Of a stretch of DNA of 64,000 nt, positions 20,981 to 34,575 are shown piece after piece (position 1 is the stretch's first letter; every line of letters begins with the position of its first letter). Source of the stretch: Selaginella moellendorffii (taxonomy: Eukaryota > Plantae > Lycopodiophyta); contig NW_003314323.1 in assembly GCF_000143415.4 (NCBI RefSeq), positions 562,499 to 626,498 on the forward strand, written 5' to 3'. The notes under the pieces were generated by a model. That model ran no database searches. It saw only the letters and a program-made list of their open reading frames with translations, and had not been told where the DNA came from. The position numbers were made by a program, and so were the translations under genes.

Positions 20981-23425
20981 ATGAGCGACGCGGGCGATGG
21001 CGAACAAGCAGCGTAAGCACTTCCTCTCTCTCTCTTTCTCTTTCTCTTCTTCTCCCCATTGTTTCTTCTCAAAAGTTCTCCATTGTTTCTCATCTATCTC
21101 TCTCTTTTAATTCTCTCATGTTCTCCTTCTTGTTTCCTTCTATCCTTTTGACTAAAGCTTTTACCACCTCGATTGATCCAGACGTGTCCCGGAGGCCTTG
21201 CAGTGTTGATTGGCGCAAGGCGCTCCAGGTGCCCCAGGAGATCAGTGCCATTCTCGACAAGTTCCGGGAGCGTGAGCTGCTGCTGGCCAAATGCGTGACC
21301 AAGGGCAGCGTCGGGATCCCCTTCTTCAACCAGATGCCGTGCATGCTCTTCCACCGGCTCACCTCTTTCGACTACAGCAACGCCCAGAATCTGAGCTTGC
21401 AAGTCGCCAAAGCTCGCGATGGCGGTGGCAGGCTTGTGATTTGCGCTGGAAGCACCGGGTGTGGAAAGACAAAGTCGCTCTACACGTTCTTCTCCAAACA
21501 AGTAAGTTCTTTTCTCTCTTCATCTAGCTCTAAAACTTTGGTCACAGGAGCGAGGATTGCTTTTCACAACCAGCACTGTCGGCAGCGGCGGATCTTCCGA
21601 CCTGGAGTTTCTCATGAACGAGGTTCTCCCCAAACACCTGGAGCAGAAAAACTACTATCAGAACTCGGTGGTGGTCAAGTTCTTCACGCTGCTGCTGCTG
21701 CTGGTGAGGATGTCGATCCTGTCGCTGTGCCGGGACTTTGATCTAGAAAAGTGGCTCATCTTCCAGGGGGGATGCAAAGGGCTCTACCACCCCGACGCCA
21801 ATCTGGCCGACGACACGGACGTGTTTCGGATCTTCCTCGCCGCGGTGTGCCGGAAAGCCGATACTCTGGCCCCGGAGAACTTCGTCAAGGAGATCCCGGC
21901 GCTGCAAAAGGTGCTGGACGACCTGTGTATGCCTTTCGAAGACCGGCTCCCCACCATCGCCATCGACGAAGCCCACAAGCTGGTGAGCGCGTTCGAGGAC
22001 GACTTCTTTGTCTCTCGCCGGCCTTTCTACCGCGACGTGGTGAACTTCTTGCTGGAGCCGACGCTGGCCCAGACCAAGCACGTAGTTGTAGTTTCAGGGA
22101 CAGGATACACGCTGAGATACGAGGGCGGGAACTCGACAAGGGTACCGGTCTGTGGTGATTTCGGGTGCTGGAAGAGCGGACGGGAGATGATCGAGTTCAC
22201 GGAACAGGCGGTAGAGTTGACGGAGGAAGATCGCAGCGTGATAGAGCAGGAGATTTATCCGAGGTTTAAAGGGAGGTTTGGGCCCTTCGTCCAGGTGGTA
22301 GAAACAGCTCTCAACAGAGTGTGGAGCATCAAGGAAGCGGCATTCTTCGTGGAGAGACTACTGACAACCGAGGGAGGAGCGCCGCAGGGGTACTACAGGA
22401 AACTCGCGGAGCTCTCGCAGAGAACAGTGCTCATCGGCTTCATGAAGAGGGCCGTGATCAGCTACTTTTGCCTCGGGAGGGGCATCAAGATCCATGACAC
22501 GCAGTCCGAGTCTCACAGGGTGGAGGAGATTGCGGACGCTGGTTTTGGCCGGCTGGTTGCGAGCGAGAGCGGGGGTCACTACGTAGCGGTGGACGAGTTC
22601 CTGGTGTTGCGAGCGGCGGCAAACTTCTTCCGGGACGTGACGCAGGGGAAGACCAGCTTGAGCTTGAAGGACGAGCTCCTGTCTCGCATCGGCCCCGACA
22701 TGGAGCCGTGCACGAGCCACCAGGGGTTCTTGTACCAGAACTTTGGCCCGTTTGCGTTCCAGCGGATGTGGAAGCAGCACGGCGGGGTGATGCAAAACAT
22801 GCCGCTGTTCTCCAAGATCTTGGGCGCCGACGGATGCCCCGAGCAGCTCAAGGCGGTGGCGGCGCTAAAGAGCGAGATCCTCGAGGGGCAGTCGGCGGTG
22901 TGCGCGAGCTGCGAGGGATACAGCCTCCGGGAATTTCTTTTGGAGCGGTCCAAACCGGCCGAGGAGCGGAGGTGCACCACCTTTGTGTGCCCCGAGCTGC
23001 TCGGTCCCAACGCTGCGTTTCGGATCGGATTCGAGAGAGGAGGAGGAGAAGCGGAAGCTCCCAGCGTCCAGTTCGATGGGTTTGATCAGTACAGCTACTG
23101 GATGCACCAGCTGAGCCAGGCCGAGCTCGAGGAAGCGATCTCCAGGTCAGGGATCCGGGAAGAACAGCGGGAGGAGTTTGAGCTGTGCGAGAAGGTCCAG
23201 CTTTGCTTTTTGTATCTCTATCCGTGCAGCTATTCTGAGCACTACGTTTTCAAGGCCAGAGGTGACGCGGTGCAGGTGGTTTGTTTCATCCACGCCGAGA
23301 ATGCCCACTTTATCTTCAATTCGGCCGAGCTGGAGTTACTGGATTTGATCGGCCGGGACGATAGTGTGGAGGAAGTGGACAATAATTGTGGTGATACTTC
23401 GAGTGAAGAGTATCCATTTTTCTGA
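20981..23425 (+). CDS. P-loop NTPase resembling Crinkler-type (CR-NTPase plus REase-like) proteins
   Basis: Walker A GSTGCGKT (21448-21471) is joined by a 46-nt phase-0 intron (21502-21547) to a 622-aa ORF with GSSDL, Walker B IAIDEAH, RP, VVSGTG, KGRF, VDEFLV and a C-terminal FVCP..LGPN. The start exon is ambiguous (ATG 20981 or 20997). Confidence 0.65.
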
Positions 23426-24949
23426 TTAACATAACCAAGTTTTAGATTGAGAGAAAAAAATGACTTATACAAATTAGTAAATTTGTAAAAGTAACACAGA
23501 ATTAATTAGTCAGATTTTGTTTAGTGGTATGGACAGTATAATCAAAAGTTATATGATCTCAATTTTGGGGAAAGTACACATCTCAATAGGGAAATAGGGA
23601 AGTGTACCTAGGATGGATGGTTTGGAAAAAACTTGCACTTATATGAAAAAAAGAATATAGATGTATTTAAATTATTATAAGAATTTTTTTCTCATACATG
23701 GATGTCATAAATGTAATTTTATGTATTAAAAGATACTTGTCGGCCAGTCCTTATAGACACTCTCTCTTTACTACTATAACAATAAAAGATTAGTATTACT
23801 AGTTCTTTTTATAGTTTCTATCTAAACTAATTGAGAAATTGACTAACACATATGCACTATCAATTTGTATCTCACAACTCCACCACTCAGACAAAGTTCA
23901 ATGTCTTCATTGAACAATAAACCATTTTATAAAATAAACCTATCATGGATTATCATTTTCATCTTTAGCACCAAACTAATATTCGTCAATGGTTCAACAC
24001 TAAAGGTTTATTATCTTTGCCCATCTTTTAAGGAGTATAGTTGCATCAAATTAGAGTACTATTAGATCACATGTGGTGGTTCTCTCCTTTTGTTCATTTA
24101 GTTATTGCTAAACTTAAAGACACTTTATCTATCTTAATCTTATTACTCATTCTGGAGTAGTCTTGGCCTTTACCAAAATGACTATCACACATTAAAACTT
24201 TAATATTGACATCTCAAGTTTATTTTTTAGATGTGTTTGACATTTTACATTGTATAAGTTATACAAACTCCACTTCCCCATTCTAATAAATTCCTTACTT
24301 AAGGGTACTATCATTTTCTCGCCATCTTAAGCACTAAGTTCCACTTGTCTATAATTTATGTTAAGATTATTTATGGCCTTATCATTTGGCTACCTTGCTA
24401 CTCCATTTTTTGGAGTTTTCACTATCAATAAATTGAAGTATTTGGGAATTCTATCTTTGGAAATATATTTCTTTTCTCACAATCTATTAGCATCCACCAT
24501 ATAGTGGCTCTTCAACTAATTTATCATTTAGATTCATTCCAACAATTTTTAAACCCCATTCTTAGCTACTAATCTTTTACTCCTATCATTTGATTGTTGC
24601 ACCAAGGAAAATAGGATCACCACTTCTATTCTTGAGGTATCCTTTCAATTTTATAGTAAAAGCTCTATTTTATTAAATCCATAAAATGTTTACCCTAGCA
24701 AGTCTTTTCAACATTTCTATTGTGAGTTCTAGCCCTTTTAACCAAATGTCTATAGCAACTAAGATTGGGTGTTCTATTTTATACATTATATCCTCAATGC
24801 TATTTACACCAAAGTATTCAAATTAGATATGCCAAGCTTTTACACTAAGCACTTTAACTATACATCATGACTTTAGAGCACCCCTTACTTGCCAGTGCAC
24901 CCAAGGCAGTCTCTTTATTAAAAGTTCATATCCACCGAAAAATGACCTA

Positions 24950-27900
24950 ACAAGGTCTTGTGTCAATATCATAAGAGAAGACGGTGATCGTGAAGTTAAA
25001 GGGGTTGGTAAATTGGTTAATATAGATTATAAGGAAGAGGAGATGAATTACTTTCTTCAAACTTTTCTCACAATCAATGCAAACACTCATCCATTGATGT
25101 ATCTTATAAGCTTTGTCTACAGACATTAAATTTGAGTGATCATCAACATGAAAGCTATGCATAATTTGATATTTAAAGACTTAGTTAAATTGTTAAAATT
25201 GAAAGTTGAGCAAATGTTGCCTATACACTTTTTGTTTATAGGTGGGTAAGTAGCTAAGAAATTTACAAGTGATGTTCCAATAAAAATTTCCAAGTAGAAA
25301 GAAAGATTGGATTTAATAATATTGAAGATACCAAACTTTCAAATAGTGTTTGGTATGGATTTCTTCAATAAGTATATCCAAGAAATATATGGTGCTAAAC
25401 AAAGTCATATCATATTAAAGTCAGAAAAATGTTCTAATATGTCCCTCAATTGCATATACACTTCTTAAAGGATTGGGATGCTAAATTTCTAATTATGGGA
25501 GTAATTCAAAAAGCAACTAAGAAAGGATGTTAGACCTTTTAGGTTAAAGTGATGGAAATTAAGGGTGATAGTGACTCAATTTGTATTAGTGATGGTATTA
25601 ATCTTATACTGAGGGAAATTCTAAAGTTGTTAGTGAGGAATTAGGATATCTTTCCAAAGGATTTACCATTAAACCTACCCTCTAACCATAAAGTAGATCA
25701 TTGAATTAAAATTATTTCAGGTTCTACAAAAGCTCTATACTATTTGAACATCAAAAAGATGATTGAACTTAAGAAGCAACTCATAAAGCTTCTTAACAAA
25801 AGTCATACATAACCAAACAAATTACTTTATGGAGTGTTAGTCTTTTTTGTTATAAAAAAGAATGGTACCGTCAAGATGTGTATTGATTATTAAACTCTTA
25901 ATAAAATTACGGTTAGAAACAGTTATCCTTTGCCTTGTATTAATGACTTGTTTGACCAACTTTTAAAGGCTAAATATTTTATACAACTTGATTTGTGGTC
26001 TGGGTATCATCAAATACGAATGGCAAATCAAGATGTGAAGAAGACAACCTTTAAGACTTGTTATAAGACCTATGAGCTGATTATTATGCCATTCGGGTGA
26101 TATAATGCCTCAACTACATTCAATATAATGATGGATAGCATATTTAAAGATTATTTAGACATATTTATTATTTTATATATAAATGATATTCTAGTTTTTA
26201 GTGAAATGTCTTGGGGTTAGTGTTACAGAAGCTACAAGAAAATAAACTCTATGCTAAAAAGAATAAATAGGCTTTTGGTTAATTGCATATAAACTTTCTT
26301 GGACGTATATTTAGTGGTGGCATAATCGAGATGGATCCAAAGAAGGTAGAAGCAGTGAATCTTGGGAAGTCTCGACCACTATATAAGATGTTCATTCATT
26401 TCTCAATTTGACGAGATACTATTGCAAGTTTGTTTGCAATTTTGCAAGTATTACTTTTCCATTGATTGAGTTAACGAAGGGTAATATACCATTTCATTAA
26501 ACATTAGCTTGTCAGCATGTTTTTATATAGTTGAAGGAAATTTTGATTATAGTTCATGTTCTCAAGATCCCAAATCTTGATAAACCTTTCAAAGTGCATT
26601 GTGATGCATCTGTCTATGCTATAGATGCTATGTTATAGCAGATTCTGATAATGTAATTAGTGTTATACTAAGGCAATATGGTTGTCTCATTGTATTTTAC
26701 TTTAAGAAATTGGATAAGACTTAACAAAGATAGCCTACACATAAGAAAAAGATGTTCGTTGTAATATCAGCATTGGAATATTGAAAACACTATTTGGGTG
26801 GATATACCAAGATTTATATTTATAGTAACACACCAAACTACTTTGCAACGCAGTGAAACATTATGCCAAAAAGAGAAGCTCACTAAATTCAATATTAAAA
26901 TCATCTACAAACCTAATAAAGACAATATTGTTCCAAATGTATTAAGTTGTCAAGCTCAATTCTAGGCAATGTCGGTAATCAATTCAAACTAGTTGGAGGA
27001 TGTCTAAACTTCATATGGAAGTGATTCATTGGCAAAAGTGATATTGCACTACGTAGAGTTGTTGCAGTAAAGTGGCAAAAGCTGTTAGTCACGCTAATGC
27101 AAAGCTCCACTTCTCAATTAAGGATAGGCTTATTTACTATAAGCAAGAAATATTGTATTTCCATCCAAGGATCAATGACAGTTTTTTCTGCAAGAATATC
27201 ATAATGTTCTAGTAGTAGGATATGGTGGCAAATGAAAAACTCTTATCTCATTGAAAAAGCATAGTGTATGTGGTTTTTACCCTTTATCTTATGATGATTT
27301 ACCATCGGATAACCACGAACCAGAACCTAAACCCTCTATGTGCCACGTGTTATATGCCTCATGTCTAAAAGATAATGGTGTGAAACCCGAGTTTTAGGGC
27401 CTTGGGCCACTAAATGAAGGAACAATGCTAAACTCCTAAGTATGGAGCCAAGGAGCAATGGCATTGGAGCACGGAACAACTCCTGAGCATACAGCCCAAA
27501 GAGTGAAGAGACAAGAGCATAGAGCAACTTGGAATAATCCTAGAGTATCCAACATCCTAATGCTAGAACCAACATGCAAAACAGAGCCAAATGGAGTCTG
27601 GTGCTATTTTAGCATACTGGTAGCCTAACAAAAAAATATGGGTATTCCACCAAGAATGAAGTTTAGGCTTAGACCCAAGCCAAACACAGAACAAAGACAA
27701 GCATATAAGTGAAAGCTAGACTATGCCTTAGGTTGGTCAGCCATGCCCAACCTACCCACTATACTACCCCCCCCTTCAGGAACACATGCTTTGGGCTTTC
27801 ACCCCAAGCCTCCCTTAATATCAAAAATTAGTCTTTGGGATAAACTTTAAACTTACTAAACATGGAATGTCCTTAGATTGTGAATTTGGACATGGGACGA

Positions 27901-28400
27901 ACACTATTGTGTTCAGGACAATCTCTATATTCCGTAGATATGCCAAATGAGCAAGCCTAGATACTTTCCATAAATAGCATTTGGGACCGAATTGAAACTA
28001 ACACAAAGGGCATAATAGTAAAAGTGTTTGACAAATATAGTAAGTTATCATCTAGCAATATTAAGAGACTAGTCCCTCAGTCACAATGGGACAAGAACTC
28101 CTTACCAAGCTAACTATGTTTAGGTAATAGCATGTAAGAATTCCATCTATATGCTCGTTTAGTCTAAGTACACTTGAAATGCCCAATTAACTCTACTAAC
28201 ACAAGAAGGACTAATAAAGGATCCAGCAATACCGACTTCCTACCGTTGTGGTAGTAAGGAAAGAGTGTCCGTAAGTTAACCGACAAGTAACCTTCAATAC
28301 CCAAAGTCACATTTGCAACAAAAAAAAAATTTTATAGTTTCGTATGGAAGATGATATAGTGGATTATATCCATTTTTGCCCTATCTACTAAAAGTGTAAA
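24950..28400 (+). mobile_element. Heavily degenerate Ty3/gypsy retrotransposon pol relic
   Basis: Stop-riddled motifs in gypsy order: protease end (IVFGMDFF), RT (FVIKKNGTVKMCIDY*TLNKIT.RNSYPLP; LDLWSGYHQIRM; MPFG; YINDILVFS), RNase H (VHCDASVYAI), integrase Zn-finger pieces. Confidence 0.85.
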
Positions 28401-28864
28401 CAAAGAGTTGAGAAGTAGCTTAGGAAGTTGCAATGCATTCTAGCACTGTAAATTTTGAATCCCTATCTAAGATCATCTCTTTAAGAAGATTATGAATCCA
28501 CACTATTTCATGGAATAACACATTTTGCAACACTATTAATTCTCCATAGGAATTGCTGCAAAAGAATGCTTATGAAGTTCTTCAACAAATTGTTATACCA
28601 AAATTAATGTCTAAAGTGTTGGTTTTAGCCATTAAAACTTATGCAAAGCACTTACACCAAAGTTGGTCAATGGCTATTGTAACAATTTCAATGGTGTCCG
28701 TAGGCGCCAGTACGGATACAGTTAGCAGATTATTCGTTAATTTAGGCGGTAAAATAAAACCCTCGGTTTAGGTTGCCGCTCGATCGCGGTGATGGCCGAG
28801 GGCGGCGGTGTTCTCGCGGAGGATTCTTGATTGATCTGGGCCTCGCATTTTGATTCTGGAGGCC

Positions 28865-31127
28865 ATGGAAGGCAGATCGCTGCTGCGGGAGCTCCAGGTA
28901 ACCCTCGCGTCCTCGCGAAATATTGCGTCTGGATTGCAATTTTCTCAAGATCGCGGTGAATCGGCCGCGCGTAGAGCATCTGGGACGAGATTGGGGAGAG
29001 CGACGAGGAGAGGGAAACTGCACCAGCTGGAGCAAGAATGCCTGAATGTGTGCCGGCGGACGGTGGATGAAGCGAATTGGGCGAGGCTGCACCAGCTCTT
29101 GGCGGATTCCGAGTCGGAGCTCGCGTCGCGCCTGCCGCTCCTGGATGATCGCCCTTGCATGGTACGCTTTGTTCGATCCATCTCTCAATCTCTTCATCTC
29201 ACAGTACTTTTCCAATCGGAGGCCATGGAAGGCGAGGACACGAGCATCTGGGACGAGATGGGGGAGAGCGACGAGGAGAGGGACAGAATGCTGCTCCAGC
29301 TGGAGCAAGAATGCCTGGATGTGTACCGGCGGAAGGTGGATCAAGAGAATTGCGCGATGGCGCAGCTGCACCAGCTCTTGGACGGAGCTCACGTTGCTGC
29401 TGTCGCTCCTGAGTGATCGCCCTTGCATGGTACGCTTTATTTGATCCATCTCATAGTGCCTTTCTAATGCTCGTTGTTCTTCCTTTCAGTTAGAGAAGAG
29501 GTCGGGCACTACTCTGCGAGAGTAGCTCTTGTCCGTCTCGCCTCAGTTAGAATTATTGCGGCTGACGAAAGAGGAGCGCCTGAAGCAATTTGAGGACGTG
29601 CCAGATTCAAAGGCTCTCTCAGGAGATGTCGTCGGGGACATTGCAAGGGACTGAGAATGGAGCCTTTTGCTGGAAAGATTTGTCGCTGAGGAAGCTGCAC
29701 GAGTACCGTTGCCAGCTTCAAGAGCTTCAGGATGAAAAGGTTGGTTTGTGTGTGTATGCACGGTTGCCATTCTTGTTCTTACAAGAGACTTTTCCAGAGT
29801 AGTCGGCTTCACAAAGTGTCGGAGCTTCTCGAGGTTCTGCACGGATATTGCGTCCTTTTGGGGGCAGACTACACGGAAGTCTTTAAGGAAGTGCATTCGA
29901 GCCTTTGTGATCCAGGCCAGCTTGAGAAATTAGCAAAGGCGGTCGAGGACATGAAGAACGAGAAAAGCAAAAGACTGCAAAAGGTGACAGCGGTTTGCCT
30001 TTTGAAACTGCTGACGCGTTACTTTCCATTTTTTATTGCAGATTCACAATCTTGTTGCTCTCTTATGCGAGCTCTGGAATCTAATGGACACGTCATTGGG
30101 AAAAAGGCAACCATTTCGAAATATCATCCGCAATCTTCTGGCACCAGAACCTGAGCCTTCATCTCTTACTTTGAAAACCATCGCACAGGTTCTTTCACAT
30201 GCGCTTTGTTCTTTCTCTTACTTCGATTCTACAGGCTGAAAAGGAGGTGGATAGAATAAGTCGATTGATAATAAACAAAATGAAGGAGCTTGTGCTGAAG
30301 AAGCAGGCAGAGTTGGAAGAAACTTGCAACATGGCTCACTTGGAGTGTTCCAAATCTAACTCGAGAAAACGTGGCGAGTTTACTGGAGTCAGGTATAAAT
30401 TTATTCTGCTTACAATTTCTTGGCTGATGTTTCGTGTGCACAAGGATAGTGGACTTGTCAGAGCTACTTGGTACAATTGAAAGTAGTATTGCCGAGGCGA
30501 AGAAAGAATCACTCGGCAGACAAGATCTAATGGAAAGAATGGAACGGTGGATTAGCGCGTGTGAAGAAGAAAATTGGCTTGAAGGATACAATAAGGTATG
30601 GCCGTTATGCCATTTCACTTCGTCATTTTTGTTTGTAGGATGAAGGCCGCTTCAAAGCAACCAGGGGAGCACATTTGAATCGAAAACGTGCAGAAAGAGC
30701 TCGTGTCATCGTGGCCAAACTCCCCAGTGCGTTCGGATTCTTTGTTTTTTATTTTCCTTTGATCAGTTCTCACAAGCCGTTTGCAGATCTTCTTGAATCA
30801 TTGAAGTCCACAATACAACGAACGGGGTATGTAAATGATTCTTGTAGATGCCTATCTGACAGTGTTTTGCAGGTTTCTCTACTCGCAATACTAGAAGAAT
30901 ATAGCTTGCTCGGACGAGAGAAAGAAGAAAGAGGTGAACACAAGGAGGAGGAGAAGAAGGTATTAGCCATGCGTTATGCTATTTCACTTATCCATTCATA
31001 TTTGCAGGATTGCAACAAGCACACGAGAATTGAGGATCTGCGGCCAAGGAGAATCTTCTTGGCGGGCAACACGATCAACCCATTTCTATGTGGAGTGGCC
31101 AGACTGGTGACCAAGATCACCTACTAG
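28865..31127 (+). pseudogene. MAP65: MAP65 (microtubule-associated protein 65) gene, probably a pseudogene, with a duplicated N-terminal block
   Basis: SLLRELQ..IWDEMGESDEERDRMLLQLEQECLDVYRRKVDQ, ELWNLMDT, KMKELVLKKQAELEE, WISACEEENWLE.YN, NRKRAERAR. In-frame stop at 29414-29416 and frameshifts. Confidence 0.85.
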
Positions 31128-33559
31128 AAGCACTGGCTCCTCATCACCGAGCCATGGCAATCGGGTAAGTTGTCGCTCATGTACGCTCTAGCTAGTGCTG
31201 CCTTCGCCAAAGGATATCTGTCTGTCGTCACCACCATGGTCGCTGCTGCTGATGCCTGCAACACTGCTAACTGCTAAAGACAGTGAAGCTGCCGAGGAGT
31301 TCTTTGACCTCTTGATAGAGAAGTTGGTCTAGAATAGCCATGGAGGATTGCATTGCTCGTCCCACAAAGGCTTAAGGGGCTCGTAGATGCTCAAGTTGAC
31401 TATGGATGGAAAGCACTTTATCTGGTTCATCAACGAGGCTTTAGAACTCAGCAACATAAGGAGGTTTGTGGTAAACACATTTATGATTAAGTTAAGGATA
31501 TACAAGCAAGAGTCTGTGGTGAGGAATTTTACAAGTTTGTGTTATTTGTGCTAGTGGGCTGACTGGATCTCAGGAACTTCCTTGAAAATTTCAAGTGTCA
31601 ACGAGTGCAAGTTGCAGGGGAAGAGTATTATTATATCGAGCTTACCACACAAACAACATGGACCTCTATCAAAAAAATCTACTTTATGCTTAGAGACAAT
31701 GAGGTTTCGATGGAAGTCCATATTATTTGTGCAGCGGGCTTGATGTACCCCTACTCTTTTTCTAATTTAAGATCTTCAAGAAAGTCACTGAAATCATGTC
31801 AACCCAAGCTCCATAAATAACACGAGCCTGTAAGATTTTTTGCCAGACTCTTGTTTGTATATCCTTAATTCAGTCACAAATGTGTTTATTACAGACCTTC
31901 TTATGTTAGTGAATTCTAAAACCTCATTGATAAATTAGATAAAATGCCTTCCATCTATAATCAACTTGAGCATCTGCAAGAGGCCCTTTAAGCCTGAAGA
32001 GGGAACCTAACCTCATAAAATGATCACCAATGGCCTACGCAAGGTTGGAGAGCTATGTTTTCAAGCGATAAGTAGATCTTGTGGGAGAAAGCACATCATT
32101 ACAAAGGCTCTTAAGTGATAGCTTGGCTGTGTATATAAGAATTTAACCTCTACCTCTTGCATATTCTGTCTAAATTCATGAGCCAATTCAAAAGAGAGGC
32201 ACATTCTGTCCGTCTGGGGCACCACATGTATTGCGTGCAACACAAAAAATTCACTGAATATTGAACAAAATAATATTTATCCAACTTATATTATCAAAGG
32301 CATTATAAAATAATAAATATGATGGTCATGCACTTTTTAAGCTTGACGTCATTAGTTGAGGAATAAAAGTTGATGTATGGTTCTTCTCGTGCTCATTTTG
32401 CTTATACTCTTGTCCAGTCCAGATTGCTTCATTCCTCATCTTCGCCACCCTTTGGCCTCGAGTATTTTCCAAAATAAAATGGAGGCCTGTAGTTCATCAA
32501 CATCCAAAGGCGTGGAGTGACCACAATGCAACTTGTGATGAGATGAGTTTGTGAGCTGGTATACTTTTGTGTTATGCCATCTGCTCTTTGGAAACTTTTG
32601 AGAAAGCTTGTTCTCAGCTGATTGATTTTGAGCTCGGTCAAGGCTCTCAGAGGTTTATTGGATCTCTGGTGCAACCACCCTGGAGTTTTTTTTGGGGGTG
32701 AGTAAGTTTTCACGGTTTCAGAGCAATATATTATTGCCAAGAAAAGGCATCAAAAGTTGGAGCTCCGAGTCTCACGCTCCGAGGATCTGAAAGGATCCAA
32801 ACCTATGGACCTCCAGCTTTGACAACCAAGTGAAGAATAGATTCCCAGGACCAGGGTGCCTGGATCAAATCAAACTCGAGCTCAGACAAACCATCTTCCA
32901 GAACAATAGATGTTGCGGGTTCTTGTTGCAGCGTACTTATACTTTGTTTCTCAAAAGTAGCTTCTACATCAACTGCTTGCTCAGATTTAGATGCAGAGTC
33001 CATCCAACCCGTTTTGTTTGCCATGGCCTCGCCAGAGCATGGAGCAAGTGAGAGTTGAGTTTCATTCCATTGAGAAGAGAATGGTTTCTTTCTTGAGCTT
33101 GACAGCAGCAACGAGCTGAGCGCCATGCGCCCACAAAACGAAAATCTCTTGCGATGCCTTTGGCCACACGAACATTCCAACGTAATGACCCGGATTTTGC
33201 AGCATCAGCTGCCTCGCCGTCACACTCCAGTAGAGTTTCTCGATTCGTCCTCCTGGGTACTCCTTTACATTATGGTATACGTTAAGAAGCAATTGGTGTA
33301 CACTTCGGACGGGAATCTGATGGCCGGATATCTGGCTAGAATAAAAATATATATTGGCAAGGTCACAGGTTCGAGTCCACAGCCAGAGACCCAATCAAAT
33401 TTTTTTGTATGAACGAGGGATTTCTCTTCTCCGCAAAGTCGCTCTCGGCAGCGCTGCTGGAGCTAAATCTTCTATCGTGCCGATCCCCCAGGCGCGACGC
33501 CACGAATGATCCACGCCGCCGCGCAGGGTTCAGGCTCTTGGATCGCGCGATATTCCCTT

Positions 33560-33960
33560 TCGCTGGCAAATGCGAGCAGGGCACTCGGTACACTGTATGC
33601 CCAGTCCGGGCATCTTGAGAATTCCAAGAACAAGGAGTTCCGTGATCGTCTCCTGGAACGCGATGATCACCGCGTATGTGGCGGCATCCCGCATCCGAGA
33701 GTGAGAGTCTATGTTTGATTGCGTCTCAGAGCGCCATGGAACTCGATGATAATGGCGCTCGCGCAGCAGGGGCAAATTGTGGCAGCGAAATAGACCTTGG
33801 GCAAAAACGCCGGCCAAGGATCTCATGTCCTGGACGAATCTACTGCCCAGAATGACAGGATGTTCCATGAGTGAATACCAGAGGGGGACCGCCAAAGAGA
33901 TCTTTGATTTCATGCCGGATCAAGACGTGGTGCATGGACGGCGATGACGACAGCCACCAA
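33560..33960 (+). pseudogene. Degenerate PPR fragment
   Basis: LYAQSGHLENSK, IVSWNAMITAY, KDLMSWTNLL and AKEIFDFMP in broken frames. Confidence 0.65.
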
Positions 33961-34164
33961 GGCTTCGTCGCCCTCATGAAGAACAGCTTCGGCCAAGAAT
34001 CCAGTACCGTGGATCCTCGCATTTGCGAGAATGGGCATTTTGACAAGGCCGTTCACGAGATCCTGCGCAAGACCATTGTCTCACGCAAGTTTCAACTTGA
34101 GCGCTGCCAGGAGCACGTTTGAGAGCATGAAGATGCGCACCTTGGTTTCCTGGACGACCAACGC

Positions 34165-34575
34165 TCAAAACGCTTGAAGGTTGAAGGCAGCGCAATCCCG
34201 GCGGATCTCTCCCTGTCCTCCCGTCTTGACGCCAATGCCGCCGAGCTTGTCCATGGCGACGCCGAACGCCTCGAAGAATCGCGGCTGCGATCCAGCAAAG
34301 AGATTGACGAGCGGCCTCGCGGAAGAGTTGGAGGTGGAGAAGAGGGCCTGGTCGGAGCGCAGCCGCCCGCAGTGTGTTCTTGAAGAAGGCGTTGTCGAAG
34401 AGGTCGGGCGTGGAGGGGTCGAGGTGCGTGACCACGGTTGGATCCAGACTCGGGCCCCTCGGGCACGCCTGGCGGAGCTCGGCGGCGTAGGAGGGATTCA
34501 TGGTGGGATCGATGGTTCCATAAATGCGGTCCATGAATTGGTTGCAGTGCGCGAATCCAGCGGTGTGGCCTCCTC
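34165..34575 (-). pseudogene. Class III peroxidase last-exon fragment (frameshifted)
   Basis: GGHTAGFAHC..F.DRIY, DPTMNPSYA.ELRQACP, LDPSTPDLFDN, then frameshift into SDQALF and MDKLGGIGVKTGGQGEIRRDCAAFN. No upstream exons recognisable. Confidence 0.85.

Noticed and set aside
23470-24950. AT-rich stretch that may be gag/LTR or another TE relic
   Set aside because: No motif or terminal structure I could identify with confidence.
33331-33388. tRNA-like look: TCTGGCT/AGCCAGA stem plus GGTTCGAGTCC B-box
   Set aside because: Too short, with no D or anticodon arm, and the T stem does not pair.
31130-33400. Short ORFs of 60-125 aa
   Set aside because: No recognisable domains or consistent exon chain.
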